Shown here: one piece after another, positions 18,062 to 29,285 of the stretch
How positions within the stretch are numbered: position 1 is the first letter of the stretch
How the letters are laid out: every line of letters begins with the position of its first letter
Sequence record: PQ671644.1
Length of the DNA: 64,000 bases
Direction: 5' to 3' (one strand)
From: Escherichia phage DCP80
The notes under the pieces: model-generated
What the model was told of the DNA's origin: nothing
Database searches by the model: none
The model's input: the letters and a program-made list of their open reading frames with translations, nothing else
Made by a program: the position numbers and the translations under genes

Positions 18062-18904
18062 ATGTCACAAGCAATTAATGAAATTCGTTCTGAAGTTAAA
18101 AAAGTTATTAAATTTGGTCGTATTCCAAGCACTAAAGATGTGGTTGAAAAGGTTCTATATATGATGTGGGACAAGTTCAATGTTTGTACTGTTAAAAATG
18201 ACTTCACTAAAATCTTTGACAAGACTAAAGGTTCGTTTACATTAGAAGACCGAGTCATGAAAACTCTTCGTAAAACAGGTATGTTGTCTCGTGCTAATGC
18301 CAAAATTATTCTTAAAAAATATAACAAAGGCTACGACCTTTATGGTCGTGCGATTAACACCATGACGTTTGATGAAGTGGTTAAAGACCTTCATGCCAAC
18401 CAACGACGTTTACTAGCACTAGGTGCTCGCCTTGCAAAAGGTCAAGATAAACAAATGACCTTTAAAACCAATAATTCTTTAGATTATAAAGTATTCAATG
18501 TTATTAAAGGTCAAAATGAAGGCGAATACAGTATTTCTTCTTTTAGTGGTTGTCAATATGACAACTGGAAGTTCCATCTCCGATTGGCCTTGTCTGAATT
18601 AGAACAGCACGGTGTTCTTAGTTTTGGTGATGCCGAAACTGGAGCAGGTCAGCGTATTAAACTTTATAAAATTAAAGACCTGGCTGAAGACTCTTCAGAA
18701 CAAGCTCCTAAAATGGAACCTGTTCCAGTGCGAAGCAATGAAAAATATTCAGAGCAAATTGAGCTTTTCACTAAACAGATTGAAGAGCTTAACATCACCA
18801 TCCAGCAGCAAGATGATGAAATTTTCCGCCTGTCAGGACTGAACGGCGCGGCAAAAGCTGAACGTCAGAAACTGATGGACGTTATTAAATTGCTTAAGGC
18901 TTAA
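18062..18904 (+). CDS. Hypothetical protein
   Basis: 280-aa ORF, RBS GAGGAAA, C-terminal coiled-coil-like region. Confidence 0.6.
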   Translation: MSQAINEIRSEVKKVIKFGRIPSTKDVVEKVLYMMWDKFNVCTVKNDFTKIFDKTKGSFTLEDRVMKTLRKTGMLSRANAKIILKKYNKGYDLYGRAINTMTFDEVVKDLHANQRRLLALGARLAKGQDKQMTFKTNNSLDYKVFNVIKGQNEGEYSISSFSGCQYDNWKFHLRLALSELEQHGVLSFGDAETGAGQRIKLYKIKDLAEDSSEQAPKMEPVPVRSNEKYSEQIELFTKQIEELNITIQQQDDEIFRLSGLNGAAKAERQKLMDVIKLLKA

Positions 18905-18905
18905 T

Positions 18906-19121
18906 ATGACCATTTTGATTATCAGTATTATTTTTGGTTATCTTGTGACGGGTTTTATTACTACCCTGTTGCTTCACAAGTTTGATAGTCCCTACGAAAG
19001 TGGGGACGAGTATGATGCGGTGTTCACAACATTTTGCTGGCCTATATTCTGGGTAGTCGCTGTTATAATGTGTGTGACCTGGCCTTTTGCTAAACTCTAT
19101 GAAAAATTATTTGGACTATGA
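18906..19121 (+). CDS. Small membrane protein
   Basis: 71 aa, two hydrophobic segments. Confidence 0.5.
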   Translation: MTILIISIIFGYLVTGFITTLLLHKFDSPYESGDEYDAVFTTFCWPIFWVVAVIMCVTWPFAKLYEKLFGL

Positions 19122-20004
19122 TATGAACATTAAAACACGTAAAGAATATTCTCGATTTGAACAGCGTGAAGGACGTGCAACCCGTCTTATCGCGATGAAT
19201 TCTCTGGTTAACTTTGGCAAAATCAAATCAGGTTCTGCCACCCAGGGGTATGGACAACGTATTGTAAGAATTAACTCTCTGAATGATTACTGCCGCCGCC
19301 CGGCGTTTTTGTTTGGTGCCACAGTTCGTAAGAGCATCAAGGAAATCCTGGCCGCTGGACTTCGTATTCGTAAAGCTCCAGTTAACATCAAGAACTATAA
19401 TTTTACCTCCAGTAACTTGATTATCAATATCAAGAATGATGGTGTGCAGATTAAGTTCAAGCCAACCACCAAGGGTGATGTTGCTCTTTGTGATACCTTT
19501 AAAGAGGTTATGGGTATTGCGCTGTTTTATATGCGCCATGCTGTTGAAGCATACACGTTTGAAGAAGATACAAATTATATCCACCAAACGGAAAAATTCC
19601 TTAAAACTATAACCATTGATATTAAATTGACTAAAGAATATCTTTTGTCTTACGCTCCTTATCAGGAGAAAAAGGAACCAGAAATGACAGAACGTATCCC
19701 TACCGCATCATATGGCCCAGCATTTGCAGGTCAGTTTAAATCTTACGACCAGGCTAAAATTTCACCGTTGGACGTTAAAAACATGTACAAATGGAAAGTT
19801 CAACCATCCAGCTCTCTTGAAATCTTTAACCCACCAATGAAGCCTATTGAGAGCTATCATGCTGATGCTATCCAGGAATCAGTCAACCGCTTAAATGGTC
19901 TGATTGAAGATGAGAAAAAGGGTATCCAGGATGTTCTGAATCGCATCAAGAACATGGAAACACAACGCAATAAATTGCAGGCGGCGATTTTAGCATTAAA
20001 ATAA
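19087..20004 (+). CDS. Hypothetical protein
   Basis: 305-aa ORF; true start probably an internal ATG at 19099 or 19123. Confidence 0.55.
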   Translation: MLNSMKNYLDYDMNIKTRKEYSRFEQREGRATRLIAMNSLVNFGKIKSGSATQGYGQRIVRINSLNDYCRRPAFLFGATVRKSIKEILAAGLRIRKAPVNIKNYNFTSSNLIINIKNDGVQIKFKPTTKGDVALCDTFKEVMGIALFYMRHAVEAYTFEEDTNYIHQTEKFLKTITIDIKLTKEYLLSYAPYQEKKEPEMTERIPTASYGPAFAGQFKSYDQAKISPLDVKNMYKWKVQPSSSLEIFNPPMKPIESYHADAIQESVNRLNGLIEDEKKGIQDVLNRIKNMETQRNKLQAAILALK

Positions 20005-20005
20005 T

Positions 20006-20035
20006 GTTTACTTCCAAGGATGGAGGGAGTATAAT
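20006..20035 (+). promoter_or_regulatory. Sigma70-type early promoter
   Basis: GTTTAC 20006-20011, 18-nt spacer, TATAAT 20030-20035. Confidence 0.55.
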
Positions 20036-20062
20036 GAATTCCTACTTTATGAGGAGAACACT

Positions 20063-20806
20063 ATGACACGTAACGAATATATCCAGGCCTTTAACGCAAC
20101 TATCGACACAAAAGTAAAACCATTGACAGGCGAATCGGCTATCCTTTTAATTATCAATTATTGGTTAAATCAGATTGATTCGACGATTGTTGCATCTGGT
20201 CGCTTCAAGAAAGACATTGCAACTATTGCGAGTCGTGCCGGTAATGATGATATCAAGAAAACTTTTAAAGGTTCCAGAGTCCTGGCGTACCTGGTTAATA
20301 AAGACCTTCTTCATAAGTTTGGTGTTGAATCCAACCGCGGTAAAGGTACAATTGGGTATCATTGGTTTGGCGATGTTGAAAAATACTACCTTGATAAACA
20401 AGGCTATACTGTTTCTGAATTCGCACATTGCTGGGCTCGTGAATTCAGAGATAACAAAATGTCTATCATAAAATCAGCGACAAAATTGATGGGCGGTGAT
20501 TTTCGCACTATCTCCCATTTGGCTGAGCACATGATAAAGGTTAAAGAGTCTGGTGAAAACCAGGTAATTATTACAGTTAAGCATGAGTTCTTTACGCCGG
20601 TGGCTACTCCAGAAAATGTCAAAAAGTATCTTGATGTTGCCTGTACGCTTTCTCATCAGCTGGTGTGTGCCCTTAACTATATGCGCACTGTTGAAAAAAT
20701 TAAAGTAGACCCTATCACCAGTGCTCATGGTTGGAAAGGTTGGAAAATTGTGGTGACATTACCGACGATGAAGATGAGGACGATGAATAATGTTTATTAT
20801 CCCTGA
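20063..20806 (+). CDS. Hypothetical protein
   Basis: 247-aa ORF, RBS GAGGAGAA. Confidence 0.6.
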   Translation: MTRNEYIQAFNATIDTKVKPLTGESAILLIINYWLNQIDSTIVASGRFKKDIATIASRAGNDDIKKTFKGSRVLAYLVNKDLLHKFGVESNRGKGTIGYHWFGDVEKYYLDKQGYTVSEFAHCWAREFRDNKMSIIKSATKLMGGDFRTISHLAEHMIKVKESGENQVIITVKHEFFTPVATPENVKKYLDVACTLSHQLVCALNYMRTVEKIKVDPITSAHGWKGWKIVVTLPTMKMRTMNNVYYP

Positions 20807-21218
20807 TGATTACGAATTAACTCTTGAAAACATTGAAAGTGTTTCCGAAGAAGCTCAGGGACAATTTGATTCATTATCTGAAGCCTTAGAAAAAGACGAT
20901 ATAAATATTATTGTAGAAAACATGTTTGCAGCCGGTGAATACGAAAAAGCAACGGTTATCGGCGCTCTGAATGAAGGTGTTCAGCTTAACGAATTTATCG
21001 TTAAACATGTATCGTCTCGCGGTGAGTTAACCCGCACAAAAGACCGAGCTACTCGTAAGCGTAATGCTTTCCAAACAACTGGTCTTTCTAAAGCTAAACG
21101 TCGTCAAATTGCCCGTCTGGCTACTAAAACGAAAAGAGCAAACCCATCTACGCAAATCAGAGCAGAGCGCAAGCGCAAAAAAGCTCGAGCTAAGCGTAAA
21201 GCATTCGGACTTGATTAA
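20790..21218 (+). CDS. Possible prohead core protein (gp68 position, upstream of gene 21)
   Basis: 142 aa with strongly basic C-terminus; position and size match T4 gp68; sequence not verified. Confidence 0.4.
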   Translation: MFIIPDDYELTLENIESVSEEAQGQFDSLSEALEKDDINIIVENMFAAGEYEKATVIGALNEGVQLNEFIVKHVSSRGELTRTKDRATRKRNAFQTTGLSKAKRRQIARLATKTKRANPSTQIRAERKRKKARAKRKAFGLD

Positions 21219-21856
21219 TGGAACAGAAACCAGAGTTACTAATCGAACACTGGGGTCAACCGGGCGAAATTAAAGATGGTGTACCGATGTTGGAATCTCA
21301 TGATGGTTCCAGCAGCGGTTTAAAGCCAGGACTTTATATTGAAGGTATTTTCCTACAAGCTGAAGTTGTTAACCGTAATAAACGACTTTATCCTAAACAT
21401 ATTTTGGAAAAAGCCGTTGCGGACTATATCGCCGAACAGGTTGAAACCAAGCAGTCTCTTGGAGAATTAAACCATCCACCTCGCGCAAACGTTGACCCTA
21501 TGCAGGCAGCAATTATTATCGAGGAAATGTGGTGGAAAGGGAATGATGTATATGGCCGCGCGCGTATTATCGAAGGCGACCATGGCCCAGGTGATAAACT
21601 TGCTGCGAATATAAGAGCAGGTTGGATTCCTGGTGTATCTAGTCGTGGACTTGGTTCCTTGACTAAATCAGCAAAAGGTTATAGCATCGTTAATGAAGGT
21701 TTTAAATTGACGGTTGGAGTAGATGCAGTATGGGGGCCAAGTGCTCCGGACGCTTGGGTCAAACCAAAGCAGATTACAGAATCACAAACGGCAGTTGCCG
21801 ATACCAGTGCCGATGACGCCTTTATGGCTCTCGCAGAGGCTTTAAAGACGTTATAA
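21218..21856 (+). CDS. 21: Prohead protease gp21
   Basis: 212 aa, near-identical to T4 gp21 (GQPGEI...DGVPMLESHDG...GELNHPPRANVDP...). Confidence 0.92.
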   Translation: MEQKPELLIEHWGQPGEIKDGVPMLESHDGSSSGLKPGLYIEGIFLQAEVVNRNKRLYPKHILEKAVADYIAEQVETKQSLGELNHPPRANVDPMQAAIIIEEMWWKGNDVYGRARIIEGDHGPGDKLAANIRAGWIPGVSSRGLGSLTKSAKGYSIVNEGFKLTVGVDAVWGPSAPDAWVKPKQITESQTAVADTSADDAFMALAEALKTL

Positions 21857-21859
21857 ATA
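21852..21859 (+). promoter_or_regulatory. T4 late promoter box TATAAATA upstream of gene 22
   Basis: Exact TATAAATA about 30 nt upstream of gene 22 start. Confidence 0.6.
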
Positions 21860-21888
21860 AATGTATATCTTAACAACAGGACTACAAA

Positions 21889-22707
21889 ATGCTTAAAGAA
21901 CAACTCATTTCTGAAGCTCAGAATATCGATGCTTCCGTTGCTCTTGATAGTATTTTCGAATCAGTTAATTTGTCCCCGGAAGCGAAAGCTACCTTCGGCA
22001 CTGTATTCGAAGCTACCGTCAAGCAACACGCCATCAAACTGGCAGAATCTCACATTCACGCCATCGCTGAAAAAGCTGAAGAAGAAGTCGAAAAGAATAA
22101 AGAAGAAGCCGACGAAAAAGCAGAGAAAAAACTGAAAGAATCTGCAGCTAAATTCCTGGACCACGTTGCTAAAGAATGGCTCGCTGAAAATAAACTGGCT
22201 GTCGACCGCGGCATTAAAGCTGACCTGTTCGAATCCATGTTCACCGGCATGAAAGAACTGTTCGTTGAGCACAACGTTGTTGTTCCAGAAGAATCTGTCG
22301 ATGTTGTTGCAGAAATGCAGGAAGAACTGGCTGAACAGAAAGAAGAAACCGCTAATCTGTTCGAAGAAGTTGCTAAGCGTGATGCTTATATCAATTATGT
22401 CCAACGTGAAGTTGCGTTGACTGAAGCGACTAAAGACCTGACTGAATCCCAAAAAGAAAAAGTTGGTTCTCTGGTAGAAGGCATGGAATACTCTGATGCA
22501 TTCGGTACCAAAATTGGCGCTATCGTTGAAATGGTTAAAGGTCAGGTAGAACCCACCAACAAACCAATCACCGAAGCCGCTATAAATAAAAATGTAGACG
22601 ATGCTGCGGCACTGAATTACATTTCAGAAGCAGTTGAAGAAAAAGGCGCCAAGCCTACCCTGTCCTTCGCGGACTTGTCTGCTCTCGCAGCATCACGAAT
22701 TTCTTAA
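21889..22707 (+). CDS. 22: Prohead core scaffold protein gp22
   Basis: 272 aa, near-identical to T4 gp22 (MLKEQLI.EAQ.IDASVALDSIFESVN...). Confidence 0.92.
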   Translation: MLKEQLISEAQNIDASVALDSIFESVNLSPEAKATFGTVFEATVKQHAIKLAESHIHAIAEKAEEEVEKNKEEADEKAEKKLKESAAKFLDHVAKEWLAENKLAVDRGIKADLFESMFTGMKELFVEHNVVVPEESVDVVAEMQEELAEQKEETANLFEEVAKRDAYINYVQREVALTEATKDLTESQKEKVGSLVEGMEYSDAFGTKIGAIVEMVKGQVEPTNKPITEAAINKNVDDAAALNYISEAVEEKGAKPTLSFADLSALAASRIS

Positions 22708-22728
22708 TTTAATAAGGTTATACAACAC

Positions 22729-24288
22729 ATGAAAAAGAATGCATTAGTTCAAAAATGGTCCGCTCTGTTGGAAAACGAAGCTCTTCCGGAAATCGTTGGT
22801 GCTTCTAAACAAGCTATCATCGCTAAAATCTTTGAAAACCAGGAACAAGATATTCTGACCGCTCCTGAATACCGTGACGAAAAAATCTCCGAGGCATTTG
22901 GTTCTTTCCTGACCGAAGCTGAAATCGGTGGTGACCATGGTTATGATGCTACCAATATCGCTGCTGGCCAGACCTCTGGTGCAGTAACTCAGATTGGGCC
23001 GGCAGTTATGGGCATGGTTCGTCGTGCTATCCCGCATCTGATTGCGTTTGATATTTGTGGCGTACAGCCTCTGAACAACCCGACTGGCCAGGTATTTGCC
23101 CTGCGTGCAGTATACGGTAAAGACCCTGTAGCTGCTGGTGCTAAAGAAGCTTTCCACCCGATGTATGCTCCGAACGCTATGTTCTCTGGTCAGGGCGCTG
23201 CTGAAGCTTTTGAAGCACTGGCTGCAAGCAAAGTTCTGGAAGTTGGTAAAATTTATTCTCACTTCTTCGAAGCAACCGGTTCTGCACACTTCCAGGCTGT
23301 TGAAGCTGTAACTGTTGATGCTGCTGCTACTGATGCCGCTAAACTTGACGCCGAAGTTACCAAACTGCTCGAAGCTGGTAAGCTGGCCGAAATCGCTGAA
23401 GGTATGGCTACCTCTATCGCCGAATTGCAGGAAGGCTTCAACGGTTCTACTGATAACCCGTGGAACGAAATGGGCTTCCGTATCGATAAACAAGTTATCG
23501 AAGCTAAATCCCGTCAGCTGAAAGCAAGTTACTCCATCGAACTGGCACAGGACCTGCGCGCTGTTCATGGTATGGATGCTGATGCCGAATTGAGTGGTAT
23601 TCTGGCTACCGAAATTATGCTGGAAATCAACCGCGAAGTTATCGATTGGATTAACTACTCCGCACAGGTTGGTAAATCTGGTATGACCAACACCGTTGGC
23701 GCTAAAGCTGGTGTGTTTGACTTCCAGGACCCGATTGATATCCGTGGCGCTCGTTGGGCTGGTGAAAGCTTCAAAGCCTTACTGTTCCAGATTGATAAAG
23801 AAGCCGCTGAAATCGCTCGTCAGACTGGCCGTGGTGCAGGTAACTTCATCATCGCTTCCCGTAACGTAGTTAACGTGCTGGCTGCTGTTGATACTTCTGT
23901 TAGTTATGCTGCTCAGGGTCTGGGTAAAGATTTCAACGTTGACACCACTAAAGCTGTGTTCGCCGGTGTTCTGGGTGGCAAATACCGTGTATACATCGAC
24001 CAGTATGCTCGTGCAGACTATTTCACCATCGGTTATAAAGGCGCTAACGAAATGGATGCTGGTATCTACTACGCACCATATGTTGCACTGACCCCGCTGC
24101 GTGGCTCTGACCCGAAAAACTTCCAGCCGGTTATGGGCTTCAAAACCCGTTACGGTATCGGTATCAACCCGTTTGCTGACCCTGCTGCTCAGGCTCCGAC
24201 CAAGCGCATTCAGAACGGCATGCCGGACATCGTTAACAGCCTTGGCTTGAACGGTTACTTTAGACGTGTATATGTTAAGGGAATTTAA
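22729..24288 (+). CDS. 23: Major capsid protein gp23
   Basis: 519 aa, roughly 85-90 percent identical to T4 gp23 by eye, ending FRRVYVKGI. Confidence 0.95.
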   Translation: MKKNALVQKWSALLENEALPEIVGASKQAIIAKIFENQEQDILTAPEYRDEKISEAFGSFLTEAEIGGDHGYDATNIAAGQTSGAVTQIGPAVMGMVRRAIPHLIAFDICGVQPLNNPTGQVFALRAVYGKDPVAAGAKEAFHPMYAPNAMFSGQGAAEAFEALAASKVLEVGKIYSHFFEATGSAHFQAVEAVTVDAAATDAAKLDAEVTKLLEAGKLAEIAEGMATSIAELQEGFNGSTDNPWNEMGFRIDKQVIEAKSRQLKASYSIELAQDLRAVHGMDADAELSGILATEIMLEINREVIDWINYSAQVGKSGMTNTVGAKAGVFDFQDPIDIRGARWAGESFKALLFQIDKEAAEIARQTGRGAGNFIIASRNVVNVLAAVDTSVSYAAQGLGKDFNVDTTKAVFAGVLGGKYRVYIDQYARADYFTIGYKGANEMDAGIYYAPYVALTPLRGSDPKNFQPVMGFKTRYGIGINPFADPAAQAPTKRIQNGMPDIVNSLGLNGYFRRVYVKGI

Positions 24289-24303
24289 TCCTTAATAAAT
24301 TTA

Positions 24304-24332
24304 AGGGACTCTTCGGAGTCCCTTTCTTGTTT
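24304..24332 (+). terminator. Rho-independent terminator after gene 23
   Basis: GGGACTC-TTCG-GAGTCCC hairpin followed by T-rich run. Confidence 0.75.
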
Positions 24333-24614
24333 TCATACCATACCATTTAAATGAACTTCTACCCGGCGCTTGATGAGGTCTCTGAAGTTAACATTGTTTT
24401 CTTGAAGTTTCAACCAATTACCATTTTTATCTTTAGTGTGAGTAGAATAATTACCATTCCACCAGAAATCAGTGTCATATGCTAAGTTTTCATATTTTTT
24501 AACTAGTTTGTTCAGAGCATTACCATTAACACCATTTGGGTATTTGTTGACCAATGCAATAACTTCAATTTCCAGATTTTTAAAGGTGTTCAGAAGGAAA
24601 GTTGATTTGTTCAT
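24333..24614 (-). CDS. Hypothetical protein, opposite strand between genes 23 and 24
   Basis: 93-aa ORF with its own family-A promoter on the minus strand. Confidence 0.5.
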   Translation of the reverse strand: MNKSTFLLNTFKNLEIEVIALVNKYPNGVNGNALNKLVKKYENLAYDTDFWWNGNYSTHTKDKNGNWLKLQENNVNFRDLIKRRVEVHLNGMV

Positions 24615-24630
24615 TTTTAAACTCCATTGT

Positions 24631-24690
24631 TTGGTAACTCAGTATGGAATCATTATGTCTTATCTTAATCTGGTTGTAAACAACTTTTAT
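24631..24690 (-). promoter_or_regulatory. Early promoter cassette, family A, minus strand
   Basis: Minus strand: GTTTAC (plus 24676-24681), 18-nt spacer, CATAAT (plus 24652-24657), then ATTCCATACTGAGTTACC. Confidence 0.6.
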
Positions 24691-24695
24691 AAATA
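24688..24695 (+). promoter_or_regulatory. T4 late promoter box TATAAATA upstream of gene 24
   Basis: Exact TATAAATA 27 nt upstream of gene 24 ATG. Confidence 0.6.
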
Positions 24696-24721
24696 AAGTA
24701 TATCACAAAAGGAAAGCGCAA

Positions 24722-24921
24722 ATGGCAAAGATTAACAAATTACTGCGCGAGTCAACTACCACTACCAGCAACTCCTTGGGCCGCCCGAATCTTGTTGCTT
24801 TGACCCGCGCTACAACCAAATTGATTTACCGCGATATTATCGCTGAACAACGTACAAGCCAGCCAGTTGCGGCGCTGTATGGTGTTAAATATCTTACTCC
24901 TGATAATGAATTCAGTTTCCA
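24722..24921 (+). CDS. 24: Head vertex protein gp24, N-terminal part (cut by N-run)
   Basis: MAKINKLLRESTTTTSNSLGRPNLVALTRATTKLIY... near-identical to T4 gp24 N-terminus. Confidence 0.85.
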
Positions 24922-24962
24922 NNNNNNNNNNNNNNNNNNNNNNNNNNNNNNNNNNNNNNNNN

Positions 24963-25045
24963 TTCCCGGTCGCATTATCTTTAAAAATTCTATCAAGAAG
25001 TCCAAAAAGTAGGTCTGATAATGAAAATCCTACTTTTGGTTCCAT
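24963..25045 (-). CDS. t: Holin t, first 27 codons (cut by N-run); identical to copy at 7323-7405
   Basis: Same MEPKVGFSLSDLLFGLLDRIFKDNATG; located downstream of T4-type gene 38. Confidence 0.7.
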
Positions 25046-25085
25046 ACTTTTCTCCTTTAAAGATATTTATAATGCTTTTGCGCTA

Positions 25086-25631
25086 CTATTTTTTAAACCA
25101 TCTTTTGAAGAATGATTTTTTCTCTTTTTCTGGCCAAGCCGGGAATTCACCACCGAGGTGTTCGTGTTTTTCTAAAAGAGCAAAGAAACGTTTAAGATTC
25201 TGGTGATAGAATTTTTCTTTCTTATCGGCGACTGAGGCTTCAACCATATTACTTAATACCTGGAATTCTTTATACAAATCGTCAATTTTTCGATTGCGAA
25301 TCATTACTCGTTTATATGTTTCATCTTCTTTCCAGCCATCATCTGTCCATATATCAAACTCGCCAGGTTTATCGAAAGTTATACCGACTGGGCTTCCTAT
25401 GTCATTTATTAAGATTTCTTCTTTATTAAAAGTCCATGCACGTTTGCCTCGATGGTCTTCTTCATAAATCCAATCTTGAATGCGTTCGTCAAATACAACG
25501 GCATACCCTTCTTTAGGTTCTAAAGGTTTTTTAGCTGTTGAATGGGCCGGAAGGCCAAGGCCTTTAATGGGTTTATAATTTTCTTCTTTGTAGAATTCTT
25601 TTGTGTCAAAATAAAAATGATAAATTTTCAT
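25086..25631 (-). CDS. 38: gp38, T4-type tail fibre assembly chaperone
   Basis: MKIYHFYFDTKEFYKEENYKP...HLGGEFPAWPEKE near-identical to T4 gp38 (183 aa); ORF-track start is an upstream TTG. Confidence 0.9.
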   Translation of the reverse strand: MKIYHFYFDTKEFYKEENYKPIKGLGLPAHSTAKKPLEPKEGYAVVFDERIQDWIYEEDHRGKRAWTFNKEEILINDIGSPVGITFDKPGEFDIWTDDGWKEDETYKRVMIRNRKIDDLYKEFQVLSNMVEASVADKKEKFYHQNLKRFFALLEKHEHLGGEFPAWPEKEKKSFFKRWFKK

Positions 25632-25658
25632 ATTCAAAAGGGGCCGAAGCCCCTCTCC

Positions 25659-28600
25659 TTATGCTAAACGAACGATATAGTTAAAAGCAATGTTTTTAAC
25701 CGTGTTTTCTGTATTACCTGTACTATTTACGGTAATGGTATGCCCATGTGAACCAATCGCTACAGTATGAGTGTGAGCACCGATACCTACCGTATGCGTG
25801 TGAGCACCAATACCTACAGTATGAGCGTGGTTACCTGTGGCACTTGTGGTCCCTGACCAACTATGAGTATGAGCACCGTCTGAAGAAGTTTTGGCTATAT
25901 TCGACCCTGCAGTAGCACCGCTCACGGTTCCAGTGATTTTAGCGTTGGCGTTTGCACCTACACTATTATATCCGTCATAGAATATGTTATTGGGTACGCC
26001 GGCTTGCATCTGAGGGCCTGAACGCGCGTGTTGGTGTGCTCCGGCTGAACTGGTAGTACCACTCACTGTATGGTTATGGTTACCGGTGGTATTACTGGTC
26101 TTAGTACCATAATCAAAGCTTGAAGATGTTTTAGTGCCATAATCAAAGCTTGATGTGGTTTTAGTACCCAAGTCAGTACTCGAAGCAGATGCGCCATGGT
26201 TATGAGACTTAATACCATCAGCTTCTGCACTCAACACTGCGCGGCCACTTGGTTTACCCTTGATAGTTTGTCCACGCATATCAGGAATAGTACCAGAAGG
26301 ATATGCAACAGCAAGCTTAGGATAAGCACCTGTATCAAAGGTCTGACCTTCCATCAAAGCATAACCATTAGGAGGAGTATCCGTTGGCCATGGAATTGGG
26401 GCTCCAATAGGATAACTTGAAACAATATCAGTTTTAAGTGATTCAATTGTACTGTTTAAGTTAGCAAAGTTACCAGAGCCACCGGTGATATTACCATCAG
26501 TTCCTAAAGTTGTGTTGCCTACAATAATTTTACCAGGTAAGCGGAAGTCACCGGTGCGGCGGAATTCCCAACTTAAATCAGTTCCGGTAGTACTATTGCC
26601 CTGGTGATAATGAACGCGGAAGTCTCCTTGAGAAATTAAGGTGCCAATAGAATAAGTGCTATCACCATTTACATACCGTTGTTTAACAATAGGAATGTAT
26701 TCAGAAGTAGCAGTACGCTCTATATTCATATAAATTGGAGCCCTGACATCTGCGTAATTCTGAGATGCAAACGAACCAGCTCCTGCTGGGCGTACCGTAT
26801 CAGTACATTCGGCCTCAATATATGTCGACTGCCCCAATTTCATTCTAAAATTGGCATTAATGCGAGAGTTACTGTTTATCGTAGTTAAAGCATTATTTTG
26901 ATCTACTATAAAAGAATCTCTTCCTAATCCAACCATACCATCGTTTAATCCTATTCTCACAGGTCTCAAAGAGCTGTGAATGTCTCCACTTTCGCCTTCA
27001 TTTTGATTGGTTGGAAGAATATAAAAGTTACTTTCTGAACGACGGAAAATAGCGCCATATTCAGCATTCCAAATTCTTAATGCATCTGCTGTTCCACCAA
27101 TTTTTACTTGTCCGGTAATAGAAGAACCACCTTGGACAAACAAACCGTTAGACATAGTAACATTGCCACCAAAAGAACCTGTACCGGAGGCACTTATATT
27201 TCCAAGGCCTATGATATGGTCTGTTTCAACAGCTCCGTTAAATTTAAAGTTAACTGGACCTACTGTTTGACCTGACGCAGGATTAGTACGTTGAGCGTAG
27301 AAATAATAACCTTGTGAATCTGAAACTTCGAATACAGTTTCTCTATTACCGCCACCTGTATTAAATGAATTACCCCACGCTTTAATAGATATATAGTTTT
27401 TATTCTGTCCTGCGCGAGTACCAGCGCCCCACAGTATAGTTTTAGTGCCATCTAATGATGTAGGTGCATCAAGTTGAATACCGTCAGCTCTAGCCCCGGT
27501 AAGAAGTACCCCGTTATCAAATTTAATTCTTTGAATAGAAGAAATAGTGCCGTCAGCATAAAGCTGTACATTATTAGCGCCGGTTACCAGTTTAAGAATA
27601 CCTGGGTTAAGTTCCATGCCTTCTTGGGTGTTAATATTGGTTTGACCTCTACCGCGGAAATAGTGCGACATTTTTCCGCCAGAGTTATAACCAATATGCG
27701 TCTGACCATCGCCAGCTGTATTCCCGTCAGCCTGAGTTTGAGCTGATAAAAATGCAGCATTGGTTCCAGGCATAATCCATGTGGTGCCTTGGTCTTCTGA
27801 ACGACCAAATAAACCTTTACGAGTACTACGGAAACTATCTGGAGTAATAGAAGCAACTGAATTCCCTGAACCAACTAAATCATAAACACCGGTTTTTTTG
27901 TATGACAGCCCCGTCCCGTTATCGCCTAGAGCTAAATAAACACCGAATCCTAAAGCGGCACCATTACCATAGTCGCTTGACGGGTATCCTTCAGTCACAG
28001 TACCAATGGCCAAGCTATTGCGAACAATCATTCTGCCGTCATTACGAATACCATATAGTTTATATGTTGGTGTATTACCAGACCACCAAGAAACCTCATC
28101 AGCTTGGCCTAATTGGGCCGTACAAATTTCATGATACATTGTACCACCAGACTTGGCGCGAACTTTACGAAGATAGTTTACACCATTCGTTTCGCCTGTG
28201 CCTGGGTATGTATATTTAACTAATGAATCAGTGTCATATACACCAAATGCTTTGGCATCGTGAATAACTGTATCAGCTGCAATGCGTTTTGTTAATAACG
28301 CATCCGAAGCTAAAATACGGTTAGCCTGAAATTCACCGCCGTTTATAGAACGGAAATAGAATTCACTATTAGCAGTGCCTTCTGTCCCCTGTTTAAGCCT
28401 AATGCGTAATTCACCAGCATTTGTAGTTTGAGGGCGAGTATATATAACACCACGTTCAGTGCCATCGGCATTTTCAAACCAAAGGTGGGCATTTGACGTA
28501 TCGTTTGTTGCTCTTGAATAAAACGAACCCTGTAATGCTCTAAAAGTTTGAGCCGAAATACTCGTGCCTGCTGTAATCGACCCGCTTGTGGAAAAGTTTC

Positions 28601-28832
28601 CAAAATTGTTTAATGGGCCATTAATGCGTAAAGTTCCAGTAATAGTTACATCGCCATCAACTTGTCCACCTTTTGCAAAGCCCAAATCAATAATCTGTCC
28701 CTGGTCGGACTTGGTAAAAATAGTGCGGTCACGCAAGTTAATAGCCAGTTCGCCTTCATCTAACTGAGCTGCAGTAGGCTTGGCTCCTGGTGTTTTACTT
28801 CTTTTAAATTGTATCGATTTTAAAGTAGCCAT
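25659..28832 (-). CDS. 37: Long tail fibre distal subunit gp37, T4-type with His-box tip
   Basis: 1057 aa; N-terminus [13 protein letters not shown] and C-terminus [47 protein letters not shown] as in T4 gp37. Confidence 0.95.
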   Translation of the reverse strand: MATLKSIQFKRSKTPGAKPTAAQLDEGELAINLRDRTIFTKSDQGQIIDLGFAKGGQVDGDVTITGTLRINGPLNNFGNFSTSGSITAGTSISAQTFRALQGSFYSRATNDTSNAHLWFENADGTERGVIYTRPQTTNAGELRIRLKQGTEGTANSEFYFRSINGGEFQANRILASDALLTKRIAADTVIHDAKAFGVYDTDSLVKYTYPGTGETNGVNYLRKVRAKSGGTMYHEICTAQLGQADEVSWWSGNTPTYKLYGIRNDGRMIVRNSLAIGTVTEGYPSSDYGNGAALGFGVYLALGDNGTGLSYKKTGVYDLVGSGNSVASITPDSFRSTRKGLFGRSEDQGTTWIMPGTNAAFLSAQTQADGNTAGDGQTHIGYNSGGKMSHYFRGRGQTNINTQEGMELNPGILKLVTGANNVQLYADGTISSIQRIKFDNGVLLTGARADGIQLDAPTSLDGTKTILWGAGTRAGQNKNYISIKAWGNSFNTGGGNRETVFEVSDSQGYYFYAQRTNPASGQTVGPVNFKFNGAVETDHIIGLGNISASGTGSFGGNVTMSNGLFVQGGSSITGQVKIGGTADALRIWNAEYGAIFRRSESNFYILPTNQNEGESGDIHSSLRPVRIGLNDGMVGLGRDSFIVDQNNALTTINSNSRINANFRMKLGQSTYIEAECTDTVRPAGAGSFASQNYADVRAPIYMNIERTATSEYIPIVKQRYVNGDSTYSIGTLISQGDFRVHYHQGNSTTGTDLSWEFRRTGDFRLPGKIIVGNTTLGTDGNITGGSGNFANLNSTIESLKTDIVSSYPIGAPIPWPTDTPPNGYALMEGQTFDTGAYPKLAVAYPSGTIPDMRGQTIKGKPSGRAVLSAEADGIKSHNHGASASSTDLGTKTTSSFDYGTKTSSSFDYGTKTSNTTGNHNHTVSGTTSSAGAHQHARSGPQMQAGVPNNIFYDGYNSVGANANAKITGTVSGATAGSNIAKTSSDGAHTHSWSGTTSATGNHAHTVGIGAHTHTVGIGAHTHTVAIGSHGHTITVNSTGNTENTVKNIAFNYIVRLA

Positions 28833-28840
28833 AATGCCTC

Positions 28841-29045
28841 TTAATAATATCCAAAATCTTCAGATGTACCTCTAAGAACAACCTGGTCAATACGAGGAAC
28901 GTGTTCGTTCAATGTTCCTGGGTTCCTAGATATGAAATTCGGGGCTGAAAGAACACCAGCCATAGATTGTATGTTACTATTATTTATTTGGACCTGTTTT
29001 GCGTTATCCACATCACTTAATCCAACTTGTGCTTTTGTCGGGGTA
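28841..29045 (-). CDS. 36: Tail fibre subunit gp36, C-terminal part (cut by N-run)
   Basis: Frame open from gap, stop adjacent to gene 37 start as in T4 36-37. Confidence 0.65.
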
Positions 29046-29102
29046 NNNNNNNNNNNNNNNNNNNNNNNNNNNNNNNNNNNNNNNNNNNNNNNNNNNNNNN
29101 NN

Positions 29103-29276
29103 ATTAACCCAGCCAAAGACCATCCGGTTTGGCGTGAATGTGTTGAGCAAGGGTTTATCTATGTTCACTTTATGTCTAAGTTTAAACCAGATGGGCGAAT
29201 GAGATTTGTGTTCACTTATCACAAACGCCTGGATTTGCTTTTGGAAGATGTGGCATATAATAGAGCCAACGACTAA
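29103..29276 (+). CDS. C-terminal fragment of unknown ORF upstream of ligase
   Basis: Open frame from gap ending ...AYNRAND. Confidence 0.3.
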   Translation: MNPAKDHPVWRECVEQGFIYVHFMSKFKPDGRMRFVFTYHKRLDLLLEDVAYNRAND

Positions 29277-29285
29277 GAGGTGATT

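Noticed and set aside
24752-25045. 97-aa minus-strand ORF joining holin t start to antisense of gene 24
   Set aside because: Reads through an N-run and runs antisense to the well-supported gene 24 N-terminus.
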